From Akkermansia muciniphila (GTDB lineage Bacteria > Verrucomicrobiota > Verrucomicrobiia > Limisphaerales > UBA1100), in the NCBI GenBank assembly GCA_945903605.1, contig CAMDOH010000005.1, forward strand, positions 1 through 61,588: a stretch of 61,588 nucleotides of DNA, read 5' to 3'. Below, in pieces: positions 36,818 to 46,358 of this stretch. The notes under the pieces are model-generated. The model was not told the origin of the DNA. It was given only the letters and a program-made list of their open reading frames with translations, and searched no databases. Made by a program: the position numbers and the translations under genes. Positions within the stretch are counted from its first letter, which is position 1. The number at the start of each line of letters is the position of its first letter.

Positions 36818-36893
36818 CTCGGGTTGACCGAGCCATCCCGCGGAAACGGGATTTCAGTTAGGTGTTATTGTGGCCGCGCTCCAACACTGGAGC
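36818..36893 (-). promoter_or_regulatory. Structured 5' leader of rpsB (three consecutive hairpins)
   Basis: On the minus strand: GCTCCA-GTGT-TGGAGC (36878-36893), ATCCCG-N6-CGGGAT (36835-36852) and CTCGG-TCAAC-CCGAG (36818-36832). An AAGGA Shine-Dalgarno and the ATG follow. A regulatory role is inferred only. Confidence 0.3.
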
Positions 36894-36996
36894 AGCATTT
36901 TCAAGCCGTTTCCCTTCATCGCCAGTGGCGAAAAAGGAGCGGCAACCTAACAGTCCGGACGGTGATGACAATGTTTATTTCCAACTTGGCGTTGCC

Positions 36997-37572
36997 ATGA
37001 CAGCGAGGCAGGCTCCATTCGTGCATCGCAGCCCGACTTGCCAGCCAGTGGCATTCATCCTCGCAGGCGGAAAGAGCCTGCGGATGGGGCGTGATAAGGC
37101 GCTGTTGAAAATCGATGGGCGCACGTTGATGCAAATCATCCGCGCAACTGCGGTGGCTGCGGGGTTCCAAGTGCGCGTCGTGCGCCGCGATCAAATCACG
37201 CCCTGCGGGCCGTTAAGCGGCGTGCTGACGGCGTTCGCACGAAGCTGCGCGCCGGAATTGACGTTCCTTTCGTGTGACATGCCGTTTGTGACGGCGAATC
37301 TATTGCGAGAGCTACTGCAGCAGCGGGCCAAAGCCGTCTTTGTTTGCAGCCAGGGCAGGGCAGGGTTCCCCTTCAAAATTGCTCGCGATTTCATGCCGGT
37401 GCTTGAGAAGCGGATTAAGGAGGGAAAGTTTTCGATTCAAGGCTTGGCAGCCGAATCGGGCGCGTTGCGTTGGCAGCCCAAAGCAGTGGCGCATTCGGAG
37501 CTGTCAAATTTCAACACGCCCGAAGAATGGGGGTTGGCAATGGCGCGAATGGGTACTTTACAAGATTCTTGA
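36997..37572 (+). CDS. mobA: Molybdenum cofactor guanylyltransferase (191 aa)
   Basis: FILAGGKSLRMGRDKALL, GPLSGVLTAF and FLSCDMPFV motifs. Confidence 0.75.
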   Translation: MTARQAPFVHRSPTCQPVAFILAGGKSLRMGRDKALLKIDGRTLMQIIRATAVAAGFQVRVVRRDQITPCGPLSGVLTAFARSCAPELTFLSCDMPFVTANLLRELLQQRAKAVFVCSQGRAGFPFKIARDFMPVLEKRIKEGKFSIQGLAAESGALRWQPKAVAHSELSNFNTPEEWGLAMARMGTLQDS

Positions 37573-37649
37573 GGGGTTGTAGAAAGCCCGTCCGACAATC
37601 CTGTATAAACACGAAGTAACCTTTTAGCCAAACCATCGTATTGCCCTGT

Positions 37650-39458
37650 ATGAAACGAACCCTCAGTTCCTTGTTTGCTGTCATTTTCGCAGTCGTGAAC
37701 CTCTCGGCAGCCACGCCAGCACCGCAGAAATTGTTGCCTCCAGACACGCTTCTCATGGTGACTATTCCGGACGCCAATTCGTTCCGCACCGGTTTTAACA
37801 GCACGCCCACGGTCATGCTCTGGAATGATCCTGTCATGGGGCCATTCGTCAAAAAGGCCGAGGCAGGCATCAAGGAATTGATCGCCAATGCAGAGAAAGA
37901 GTCTGGTATCAAGTTGGCTGACTTGCTGGATTTGCTCCAAGGACAGATTACTTTAGGCGTCGCCTTGCCGAAGCAGGCTGTTGGGCCTGGGACGGAACCG
38001 AGCGTTTTTCTCATCGTCGATTCCGGCACCAAGGCAGAACTGCTCGCCAAGAAATTCAATGAGGTGAAGGACAAGGCAGCCGAAAAGGGCCAGCCGCTCA
38101 AAGCGACCAAGGTTGGCGCAGTCGAGTTCTTCTCACCCCCCGGCGGCGGTGCTGGCAAAGTTTATGCCGGTGTTTCCGGATCGCTTCTGTTGGTCGGCAA
38201 CAAGCTGCCGGCACTTGAAAAAGTCGTCCTTGCACAAGGTGGCGGCAATGCTCCCTCTCTCGCCGAAAACCCCGCTTATCAGGCTCGCAAGGCGCAGTTC
38301 TCAGATGCTGTTGGTTACGTTTGGATTGATGCCGGCGCGTTGGTGGGAATACTTCAGGCATCGCTACCAGAAACTTTTGGCGACGGCCCCACCGCCATCT
38401 CGCGTGACAAAACCATCGCCGCGCTGGGACTCAATGCTCTCAAGTCCATTGGCATTTCCTATCATATAAAGGCCGATGGAGAATATGCTGAAATCACTGT
38501 GGACGCACCCAAGGCCGAGCGCCGCGGCTTGTTCAATCTTCTTGCTTTCGAAGCGCTGGATTCTGGTCCGCCGCCATTCATTGGCGATGATGTGTCTGAT
38601 TTCAGCCGTGCGCGTTTCAGCCCAGCCAAAGCGTGGTCGCAATTGGAGAAGATGCTCGTAGAAATCTCACCCGCCGCCGCCGCAGGCATCGGCTTCGTCG
38701 AAGGCATGCTCAAGCAACAAGATCCCGATCTTGATTTCCGCAAGAATCTCATCGAGGTGCTCGGCAACGACATCATCGCTTGGTCGAAGCCCCCAAAGGG
38801 CGCAAAGCTGGATGACCTGACTGCGCAACCTTCCATTTTCCTTATTGAAGCCACGAAGCCGAAGAATGTCATGGATACCATCCGTTCCATTGCCAAACTT
38901 GCCTCGCCAGAACCTCCGCTTGAACGCCAATTTCTCGGCCGCACAATCTACACCTACAAAATGCCCAATGCAGGAAACCCGTTTGGCGAACTGGGCGAAA
39001 TGAGTTTTCACCTGACCACTTCCGACGGCTACGTCGCCGTTTCAACGGACAATGCGACACTGGAAACCTACCTTCGAGGACCCGCCACCGCCACCCTCAA
39101 GCCACTGAGCCAAAAACCCGGTCTCAAAGAAGCCGCTGATAAAGTCGGTGGATTCAATAGTGGCTCTTTTGGGTATCAAAATCAGGTTCAGACAATGCGC
39201 GTTCTCTTCGACGGTGCTCGCCAAGGAAAGAGCTTCCTGAACGAATTTCCCTTCACCGAATTATTTGGTCGCGGCGGCGCTCCCGATCCTGTCACCGGTT
39301 TGCCCGGCTCGAACATCAGCAAATACATCGATTTCAAAGCGCTGCCCGCCTTTGAAAAGATTGAGAAATACTTCGGATTCGCCGTGTACGGCATGGTCAC
39401 TACCGACAAAGGGTACAGCGTCAAAATGTACTCCCCTCGTCCCGCAGGATTGAAATAG
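37650..39458 (+). CDS. Large secreted hypothetical protein (602 aa)
   Basis: Signal peptide MKRTLSSLFAVIFAVVNLSAA. No catalytic motif recognised. Confidence 0.55.
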   Translation: MKRTLSSLFAVIFAVVNLSAATPAPQKLLPPDTLLMVTIPDANSFRTGFNSTPTVMLWNDPVMGPFVKKAEAGIKELIANAEKESGIKLADLLDLLQGQITLGVALPKQAVGPGTEPSVFLIVDSGTKAELLAKKFNEVKDKAAEKGQPLKATKVGAVEFFSPPGGGAGKVYAGVSGSLLLVGNKLPALEKVVLAQGGGNAPSLAENPAYQARKAQFSDAVGYVWIDAGALVGILQASLPETFGDGPTAISRDKTIAALGLNALKSIGISYHIKADGEYAEITVDAPKAERRGLFNLLAFEALDSGPPPFIGDDVSDFSRARFSPAKAWSQLEKMLVEISPAAAAGIGFVEGMLKQQDPDLDFRKNLIEVLGNDIIAWSKPPKGAKLDDLTAQPSIFLIEATKPKNVMDTIRSIAKLASPEPPLERQFLGRTIYTYKMPNAGNPFGELGEMSFHLTTSDGYVAVSTDNATLETYLRGPATATLKPLSQKPGLKEAADKVGGFNSGSFGYQNQVQTMRVLFDGARQGKSFLNEFPFTELFGRGGAPDPVTGLPGSNISKYIDFKALPAFEKIEKYFGFAVYGMVTTDKGYSVKMYSPRPAGLK

Positions 39459-39567
39459 TTCGCTCGGCCAATCCTCCAACTCGGCATAAAACTCACTCAC
39501 CGACAGGTGCAGTGTGTTTTATCTCTATCACTATATTCGCCAGTGGCGAAAGAGCGCACTGTATCTC

Positions 39568-40005
39568 CTAACGCGCTGATTCCAATCCATTCACTTCCGA
39601 CTTTTCAAACCAAGTTCGCACAGGCGTTGTGTAAATCAGCGCCAGAATCATTCCCGAGAGAATCGTACTCACATCATAAAACGCGGTGGTCAGCCCCGAT
39701 TGAACCGTCGGTCCGATGGCTACCGATACAATAATGCCGCCAATACAACAGATCACCATGAGCGGCCGCGCGAACTGCCAGAAACAGTAGAGACCGATGA
39801 TGGCCACCACCCACGCGACGAGAAACAATAAGGACACAACCGCCACAATCGCATCTCTGATCGTCAGGTCAGCCTCGCTCTGTGCATTCAAGTAGTCGCG
39901 CAACGGCTCAGGCAGTGAAGCCAACATAATAAAATCGGCCATAATCCCCAGAGTCGTCGCCACAATCGATGCCGTGATCACCCACCTGAATTGTCCCTTT
40001 GTCAT
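39568..40005 (-). CDS. Hypothetical polytopic membrane protein (145 aa)
   Basis: Four predicted TM segments. No recognised motif. Confidence 0.45.
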   Translation of the reverse strand: MTKGQFRWVITASIVATTLGIMADFIMLASLPEPLRDYLNAQSEADLTIRDAIVAVVSLLFLVAWVVAIIGLYCFWQFARPLMVICCIGGIIVSVAIGPTVQSGLTTAFYDVSTILSGMILALIYTTPVRTWFEKSEVNGLESAR

Positions 40006-40091
40006 AATGGCGACGGTAGGTAGGAGAACATCCCTTCGTCAATGCACGACCTGATGGCAAATGGGAATTACCTAAAAATGCCAACAGGTCA

Positions 40092-40352
40092 TCACATCTT
40101 CGAGCAAGCCGCCTCACAAAACGGCTCATCGATCGAAGGGCGTCGATGTCCGGCTTGGCGCCTCGGAACGGGAATCCGACAGGAACGCCGCCGTCGATCA
40201 GCACGCTGCCTTCGGCGAGATGCATGGAACGGCTTGATCAACGTTCCGAGATCGCTGTCGTTTCCAGTAGGCGAAACATAGAACGTCGCCGCATCCACAT
40301 ACACGGCGATCGAAGCCATCAGCAAAAGGGTGATTGCAAAGATTCGTTTCAC
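40092..40352 (-). pseudogene. Probable decayed 5' fragment of a secreted right-handed beta-helix (pectate-lyase-fold) protein gene
   Basis: A GTG start, a signal peptide (KRIFAITLLLMASIAVYVDA) and FYVSPTGNDSDLGTLIKPF, the usual start of such proteins. The frame then turns into Arg-rich nonsense. A -1/+1 frame continues with LAEGSVLIDGGV and soon stops. Confidence 0.3.
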
Positions 40353-40440
40353 GGCGAGTAAGACTGGGACGTTAAGTGACGCCCTTGATTGATGGCATCC
40401 TCCGCAGTTTCCCAACCGGTGTCGAGCGTGTGATGTGTGG

Positions 40441-40474
40441 AAAGAAAAACGGCGACCTCTTTCGAGATCGCCGT
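40441..40474 (-). terminator. Rho-independent terminator downstream of gap
   Basis: On the minus strand, the stem ACGGCGATCTC / GAGGTCGCCGT (one mismatch) with a GAAA loop is followed by TTTTTCTTT. Confidence 0.7.
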
Positions 40475-40497
40475 TCGCGAATTGTTTTCAGTGCGGC

Positions 40498-41670
<1,173 letters not shown>

Positions 41671-41688
41671 TTATTGACAATCCAGTCC

Positions 41689-42366
41689 ATGCCACTGCTT
41701 GAAATCAAGGATCTGAAGAAAACCTTCACCGCGCCTGATGGCACGACGCACAAGGTCATCGACATACCGAGCTTCGCGCTCGAAGCGCAACAGCAAATCG
41801 CACTTCGCGGCGAGAGCGGCTCCGGCAAAACCACATTTCTCAATCTCATTGCCGGCATTCTCAAGCCCGATAGCGGAACTGTTTTCATCGATGGGCGGCC
41901 GATGTCCTCGCTGCCCGAATCCGAACGCGACCAACTTCGTGCCACCACTCTTGGCTACATCTTTCAAACCTTCAACCTGCTTCAAGGCTTCACCTGTCTT
42001 GAAAACATTTTGATCGGGATGAAATTCGGCTGCGGCGTGAATCGCGAATTGGCTGTGTCGCTCCTCAACCGCGTTGGATTGAGCGAGCGACTCCATTACC
42101 GCCCGCGCCAGCTTTCAGTCGGCCAACAACAACGTGTCGCCGTCGCCCGCGCGCTCGCGAACCGGCCGCGGCTCGTCCTCGCCGACGAACCGACCGGCAA
42201 CCTCGACCATGCCAACGCGCGCGAATCGCTCGCGCTCATCCGCGAAACATGTCGCGAAAACGGTGCCGCGCTACTGCTCGTGAGCCACGCGCCCGATGTG
42301 CTTGCGCAATTCGATGACGTACGCGATTTGAGAGAACTCAATCTTGTCACAAAGGAGGCGCGATGA
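41689..42366 (+). CDS. ABC transporter ATP-binding protein, MacB/LolD-type (225 aa)
   Basis: Canonical GESGSGKTT, LSVGQQQRVAVARAL and LVLADEPTGNLD motifs. Confidence 0.85.
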   Translation: MPLLEIKDLKKTFTAPDGTTHKVIDIPSFALEAQQQIALRGESGSGKTTFLNLIAGILKPDSGTVFIDGRPMSSLPESERDQLRATTLGYIFQTFNLLQGFTCLENILIGMKFGCGVNRELAVSLLNRVGLSERLHYRPRQLSVGQQQRVAVARALANRPRLVLADEPTGNLDHANARESLALIRETCRENGAALLLVSHAPDVLAQFDDVRDLRELNLVTKEAR

Positions 42367-43565
42367 CCCTCGCTCACATTGTCGCCAAAAGTCTGCGCCA
42401 GCACATGCTCTCCACCATCGTGACCGCACTCGGAATCGCGCTGGCCACGGGCCTGCTGATGGCAGTGTGGGTCGTGAAGTCTCAGTCGAACAAGTCATTC
42501 ACCGGAGTGGCTGGGGGATTCGATGCCGTGCTCGGTGCTCGCAGTGCAAAACTTCAGCTTGTGCTCAATTCCATTTTTCATCTCGAGGATTCACCGGGCA
42601 ATGTGGCGTGGGCCGACTTTGAGGAAATCCGAAAGCATCCCGCAGTGATGTTCGCACTGCCCGTTGCCGTGGGAGACAATTACCGTGGCTTCCGACTCGT
42701 GGGCACCACCACGAATCTTTTTACCGAGGTCGAGATTTCTGCTGGTCACAAACACAAGATGTCTGCTGGACGTGCGTTCAATGCTGGATTCGCCGAAGCT
42801 GTGGTCGGCAGCTTTGCCTCACAACAGCTCGGCCTGAAAGTGGGCGACAAGTTCCATCCTTATCACGGACTGCTCTACGATGAAAAACAACAACACGCGG
42901 AGACCTATGTCGTCACCGGCATTCTCGCGCCGAGCAACACGCCGGCCGACCGCGTCATCTGGATTCCGCTCGAAGGATTGCAAAACATGAAAGGCCACGC
43001 CGCGCAGGCGGCCAGCGAGATCAGCTCCGTGTTGGTAAAACTACGCTCAGCGATGGCTGGAAAACAACTCGACACACTTTACAACAAACAGGGAACTCGG
43101 CTCACGTTTGCATGGCCCGTCGCACAGGTCATCTCACAGCTATTTGAAAAGCTTGGGTGGTTTGATCGTGTGCTGGCACTGATTGCATGGCTGGTCGCGC
43201 TCGTGGCCAGCGCATCCATCTTGGTCAGTCTATACAACTCAATGAACGAGCGGCGTCGCGAAATCGCCATCCTGAGAGCACTCGGTGCACGCCGGGCGGA
43301 TATTTTCGGCGCAGTGATTTTGGAATCGTCCGCCATTGCCACAATCGGCGCACTGGCCGGCTTCGCAGTCTATTTCGTGATCGTCAGTGCCGCCGCTGCG
43401 ATTATTCGCGCACAAGTGGGTGTGGTGATCAATCCGTGGGCAGGAGATGCCGTGCTGTTATGGGCACCCGCCGGAATCATTGCCATGGGCGCGTTCGCTG
43501 GTATAGTGCCCGCAGTGAAAGCCTATCGCACAGACGTGGCTGAAAATCTTGTACCGCACTCGTAG
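42363..43565 (+). CDS. ABC transporter permease, FtsX/MacB-type with a periplasmic domain (400 aa)
   Basis: TM1, a periplasmic domain of about 230 aa, then three C-terminal TM segments with the FtsX-like stretch ERRREIAILRALGARRADIF. The start overlaps the ATPase stop. Confidence 0.8.
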   Translation: MTLAHIVAKSLRQHMLSTIVTALGIALATGLLMAVWVVKSQSNKSFTGVAGGFDAVLGARSAKLQLVLNSIFHLEDSPGNVAWADFEEIRKHPAVMFALPVAVGDNYRGFRLVGTTTNLFTEVEISAGHKHKMSAGRAFNAGFAEAVVGSFASQQLGLKVGDKFHPYHGLLYDEKQQHAETYVVTGILAPSNTPADRVIWIPLEGLQNMKGHAAQAASEISSVLVKLRSAMAGKQLDTLYNKQGTRLTFAWPVAQVISQLFEKLGWFDRVLALIAWLVALVASASILVSLYNSMNERRREIAILRALGARRADIFGAVILESSAIATIGALAGFAVYFVIVSAAAAIIRAQVGVVINPWAGDAVLLWAPAGIIAMGAFAGIVPAVKAYRTDVAENLVPHS

Positions 43566-43585
43566 CAGCCGTTGTTGAACATGGT

Positions 43586-44068
43586 ATGAAATCGACTTTA
43601 TCAATTCCTGTCATTGCCGCCGCGCTCTTTTTGGGTTGTGGCAAGGCACGCGAAGCCAAACCGGGTATCACAAACGAATCGCACGAAAGGCATCATCACG
43701 AACCGCCGCACGGTGGAACGGCAATCATGCTTGGCGATGAGGAAGGTCATATCGAATTTGTTCGCGACGCAGCCGTTGGCAAGCTCACCGCCTATTTGCT
43801 CAAGCCACACATGTCAGGTTTCTGGCGCACCAGCGTGATGCAATTCGAGGTCGCGGCCAAAGTTGGTGAGAAGACGGAGACGCTCATCTTCAAAGCTGTC
43901 GGCAACGCTGCCACTGGTGAAACCGTGGGCGACACGGCGCAATTCGAGGCGCAGGCGGATTGGTTGAAGACCACCGATAAATTCGCCGCCACGCTGATGG
44001 AGCTGAATCTCAATCTGCCCGGCAAGACTTTCAAGGCCGTCGCCTTCAACTTTCCGAAAGGGAACTGA
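43586..44068 (+). CDS. His-rich lipoprotein, function unknown (160 aa)
   Basis: Lipobox LFLGCG, followed by the His cluster ESHERHHHEPPHGG close to the mature N-terminus. Confidence 0.55.
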   Translation: MKSTLSIPVIAAALFLGCGKAREAKPGITNESHERHHHEPPHGGTAIMLGDEEGHIEFVRDAAVGKLTAYLLKPHMSGFWRTSVMQFEVAAKVGEKTETLIFKAVGNAATGETVGDTAQFEAQADWLKTTDKFAATLMELNLNLPGKTFKAVAFNFPKGN

Positions 44069-44071
44069 TAA

Positions 44072-44707
44072 ATGAAACCGCTGCTGATTTCACTTTTTGC
44101 CGTCATGATCGGCTTGCTCGGTTGTGGAAGAAATCCATCTGTGCACGTGGGAATCAATCCTGAGATTCGTGGTGAAGCGATTGTTCCACTCACAGCGCAA
44201 TTGATCGAAACCAATGCGAGTGTCATTGCGAATGCGACCAATGCAGCCGTCAAGCTGGGGCCGGCGGTTGTTGAGAAAATCGGTGATTACACCGTGGTAA
44301 ATTTCGATCGGCTGGCCAGTTTCAATTACGATGTGCCGGATGAACCGGTCACCAACAAGACGGCACAGGCGACATTGAAAAAGGAGCAGATTCCTGCGCC
44401 GGTCAAATCGTTGGACAGGCAAAAGGTCGCCCTCAAAGGATTCATGCTGCCATTGAAAGTGGAAGGAGGACTGATCACCGAGCTTCTCATCTTGCGCGAT
44501 CAGTCGATGTGCTGTTACGGAAGCGTGCCCAAAATCAATGAGTGGGTGAGCGTGAAAATGCCAACAGGCAAAGGGGTGAAAGCGGTGTTGGATGTGCCGA
44601 TCACTTTGTTTGGCACGCTCCGGGTCGGCGAAATCTACGAGAACAATTATCTCGTCGGAATTTACGAGATGGACGGTGATCGGCTCAGTGGTCCGCCGGA
44701 ACTTTAA
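44072..44707 (+). CDS. DUF3299-like lipoprotein (211 aa)
   Basis: Lipobox LLGCG. The C-terminal stretch VALKGFMLPLKVEGGLITELLILRDQSMCCYGSVPKINEWVSVKM matches the DUF3299 pattern as I recall it. Confidence 0.6.
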   Translation: MKPLLISLFAVMIGLLGCGRNPSVHVGINPEIRGEAIVPLTAQLIETNASVIANATNAAVKLGPAVVEKIGDYTVVNFDRLASFNYDVPDEPVTNKTAQATLKKEQIPAPVKSLDRQKVALKGFMLPLKVEGGLITELLILRDQSMCCYGSVPKINEWVSVKMPTGKGVKAVLDVPITLFGTLRVGEIYENNYLVGIYEMDGDRLSGPPEL

Positions 44708-44731
44708 TCCGTCGCCGCCTCGCTCGCGTCT

Positions 44732-45550
44732 CTAATTATTCTTCTTCACGTACTCGATCGCACCGACCACAAACTCCGTTGGCTCTTTCGCGTAGGTTCC
44801 ATTGTCAGTCTCGATGGCGAGCACTCCGTCCCATTTCGACTTCTTCAATTCGGCAAAGAGCCCTTTGTAGTTGGCGGCGCCAGTGCCGACCATCACATCG
44901 AGAATCACGGATTTGCCATCGGCGGTCTTTTCAATTTTCTTGTCCTTGAGATGGATGTCGTACACACGGCCATCGTAATCGGTAAATGCCTTCGCTGCGT
45001 CGAATCCCGCGCCTGTGAGATGGCCGACATCCATGCAAACGCCAATGCGTTTGTCGCGGTTTTTGATCACGCTCCAGATTTTTTCCGGCGTGCCATACAC
45101 CGATTCCTTGCCGTGATTGTGGATGGCCAGCTTGATATTGTATTCCTTCACCAATTCCTCAAGCCCGTCCCAAAGGGCTTTGTCATTCGTCGGCTCGACA
45201 ATGATGATCTTGCAGTCGAGCAGTTTTGCGAATTCGAACAGCTTCCGATTTTTCTCCTTATCCGGTGATGTTCCAGCTACGCCGAAGGTGTAAACACGGA
45301 TGCCGAACTTTGCCAGCGCAGCTTTCTTTTGAAGAATCTCTTCCTTCGCCGAGTCGGGCGAAATGTGGTTGCCAGTCACCTGCACATGCTTGAGGCCGTG
45401 CTTGGTCGCAAAATCGACCATCTGCGAGAACGACATATTGCGGCAGGTCCAAGTCTGAAGGCCAACCTTCGGCATGTATTCTGCGCTGATGATTGTGCCG
45501 GAGAAAACCAGCAAGCCCGCGACGGTTAGAATGAAGGAACGGAGTTTCAT
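44732..45550 (-). CDS. Exported sugar phosphate isomerase/epimerase, xylose-isomerase-like TIM barrel (272 aa)
   Basis: Signal peptide, and IHNHGKE and CMDVGHL metal-site-like motifs. Confidence 0.75.
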   Translation of the reverse strand: MKLRSFILTVAGLLVFSGTIISAEYMPKVGLQTWTCRNMSFSQMVDFATKHGLKHVQVTGNHISPDSAKEEILQKKAALAKFGIRVYTFGVAGTSPDKEKNRKLFEFAKLLDCKIIIVEPTNDKALWDGLEELVKEYNIKLAIHNHGKESVYGTPEKIWSVIKNRDKRIGVCMDVGHLTGAGFDAAKAFTDYDGRVYDIHLKDKKIEKTADGKSVILDVMVGTGAANYKGLFAELKKSKWDGVLAIETDNGTYAKEPTEFVVGAIEYVKKNN

Positions 45551-45665
45551 AGTTGATTGGAATTACGTGTTACGGGTTGATTCAAGCGGAACGCCACACG
45601 GCGTCAACGTCAAACGCGTGAGGGAGATTGAGATTTTCAGAATTGGAGCGGTCGACAAATCAGAA

Positions 45666-46316
45666 TCAAGGGCCAGCTTTGCTCGCGGGTGACAATATCA
45701 GATCGTCGAACCAGATCGGCGTGCCCGAATAGGGACTACCCCAAACGCTCGCGCGACCGGCAGGCGCGGGTTCATCACCTTCGGCAAATCGTATGTTCCA
45801 ATCCGCCGGTTCCTTTGCGCCTTCCTGCCACGCTTTTCCAGCCACGTTATATTTCCCAGTGTTCAACGAGACAATCGAGATGCGCAGATTCGTCCACTTT
45901 CCGGATTCCCACGCGAATGGAATCGTGGCTTTTATTTCGTCGTTACGGAGTAATTCCAGCGCCTTCTTCGACGGCACCACCATCAATTTGTAACCGCTAA
46001 CCCCATTAAGTCCGACACCAAACGAAGGAAAGCGCCGACCTTTGCCAGTACCGAAAAACCGCGCTGATGCCGCCACGTCCGATTTTGCCGTCGGACCAAA
46101 CAAGACACCGAACGTGTCCAGCGGCGCTCCCGGTAATTCCAGAAATCTATTCGTCCCTTCCGCCTTCACCGTGAACTCTCCTTCGAGCACCAGGAAATCC
46201 GCTGGCAAGCCCGGTGGTTTCACATCCTCAAAATTCTGTTTGAAGAGTGGCTGCGCTGCCTTTGCCGCACCTGTCGCTGCCAAGAAAAGGCAGGTCAAAA
46301 ACATCAATCGTTTCAT
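45666..46316 (-). CDS. Secreted hypothetical protein, possibly with a concanavalin/LamG-like jelly-roll fold (216 aa)
   Basis: Signal peptide MKRLMFLTCLFLAATGAAKA. The rest is beta-rich and ends in IWFDDLIL. The fold assignment is a guess. Confidence 0.45.
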   Translation of the reverse strand: MKRLMFLTCLFLAATGAAKAAQPLFKQNFEDVKPPGLPADFLVLEGEFTVKAEGTNRFLELPGAPLDTFGVLFGPTAKSDVAASARFFGTGKGRRFPSFGVGLNGVSGYKLMVVPSKKALELLRNDEIKATIPFAWESGKWTNLRISIVSLNTGKYNVAGKAWQEGAKEPADWNIRFAEGDEPAPAGRASVWGSPYSGTPIWFDDLILSPASKAGP

Positions 46317-46358
46317 TTCAGAATGTTAGACGCGCTCATCCGGACTGTCCATCAAACC

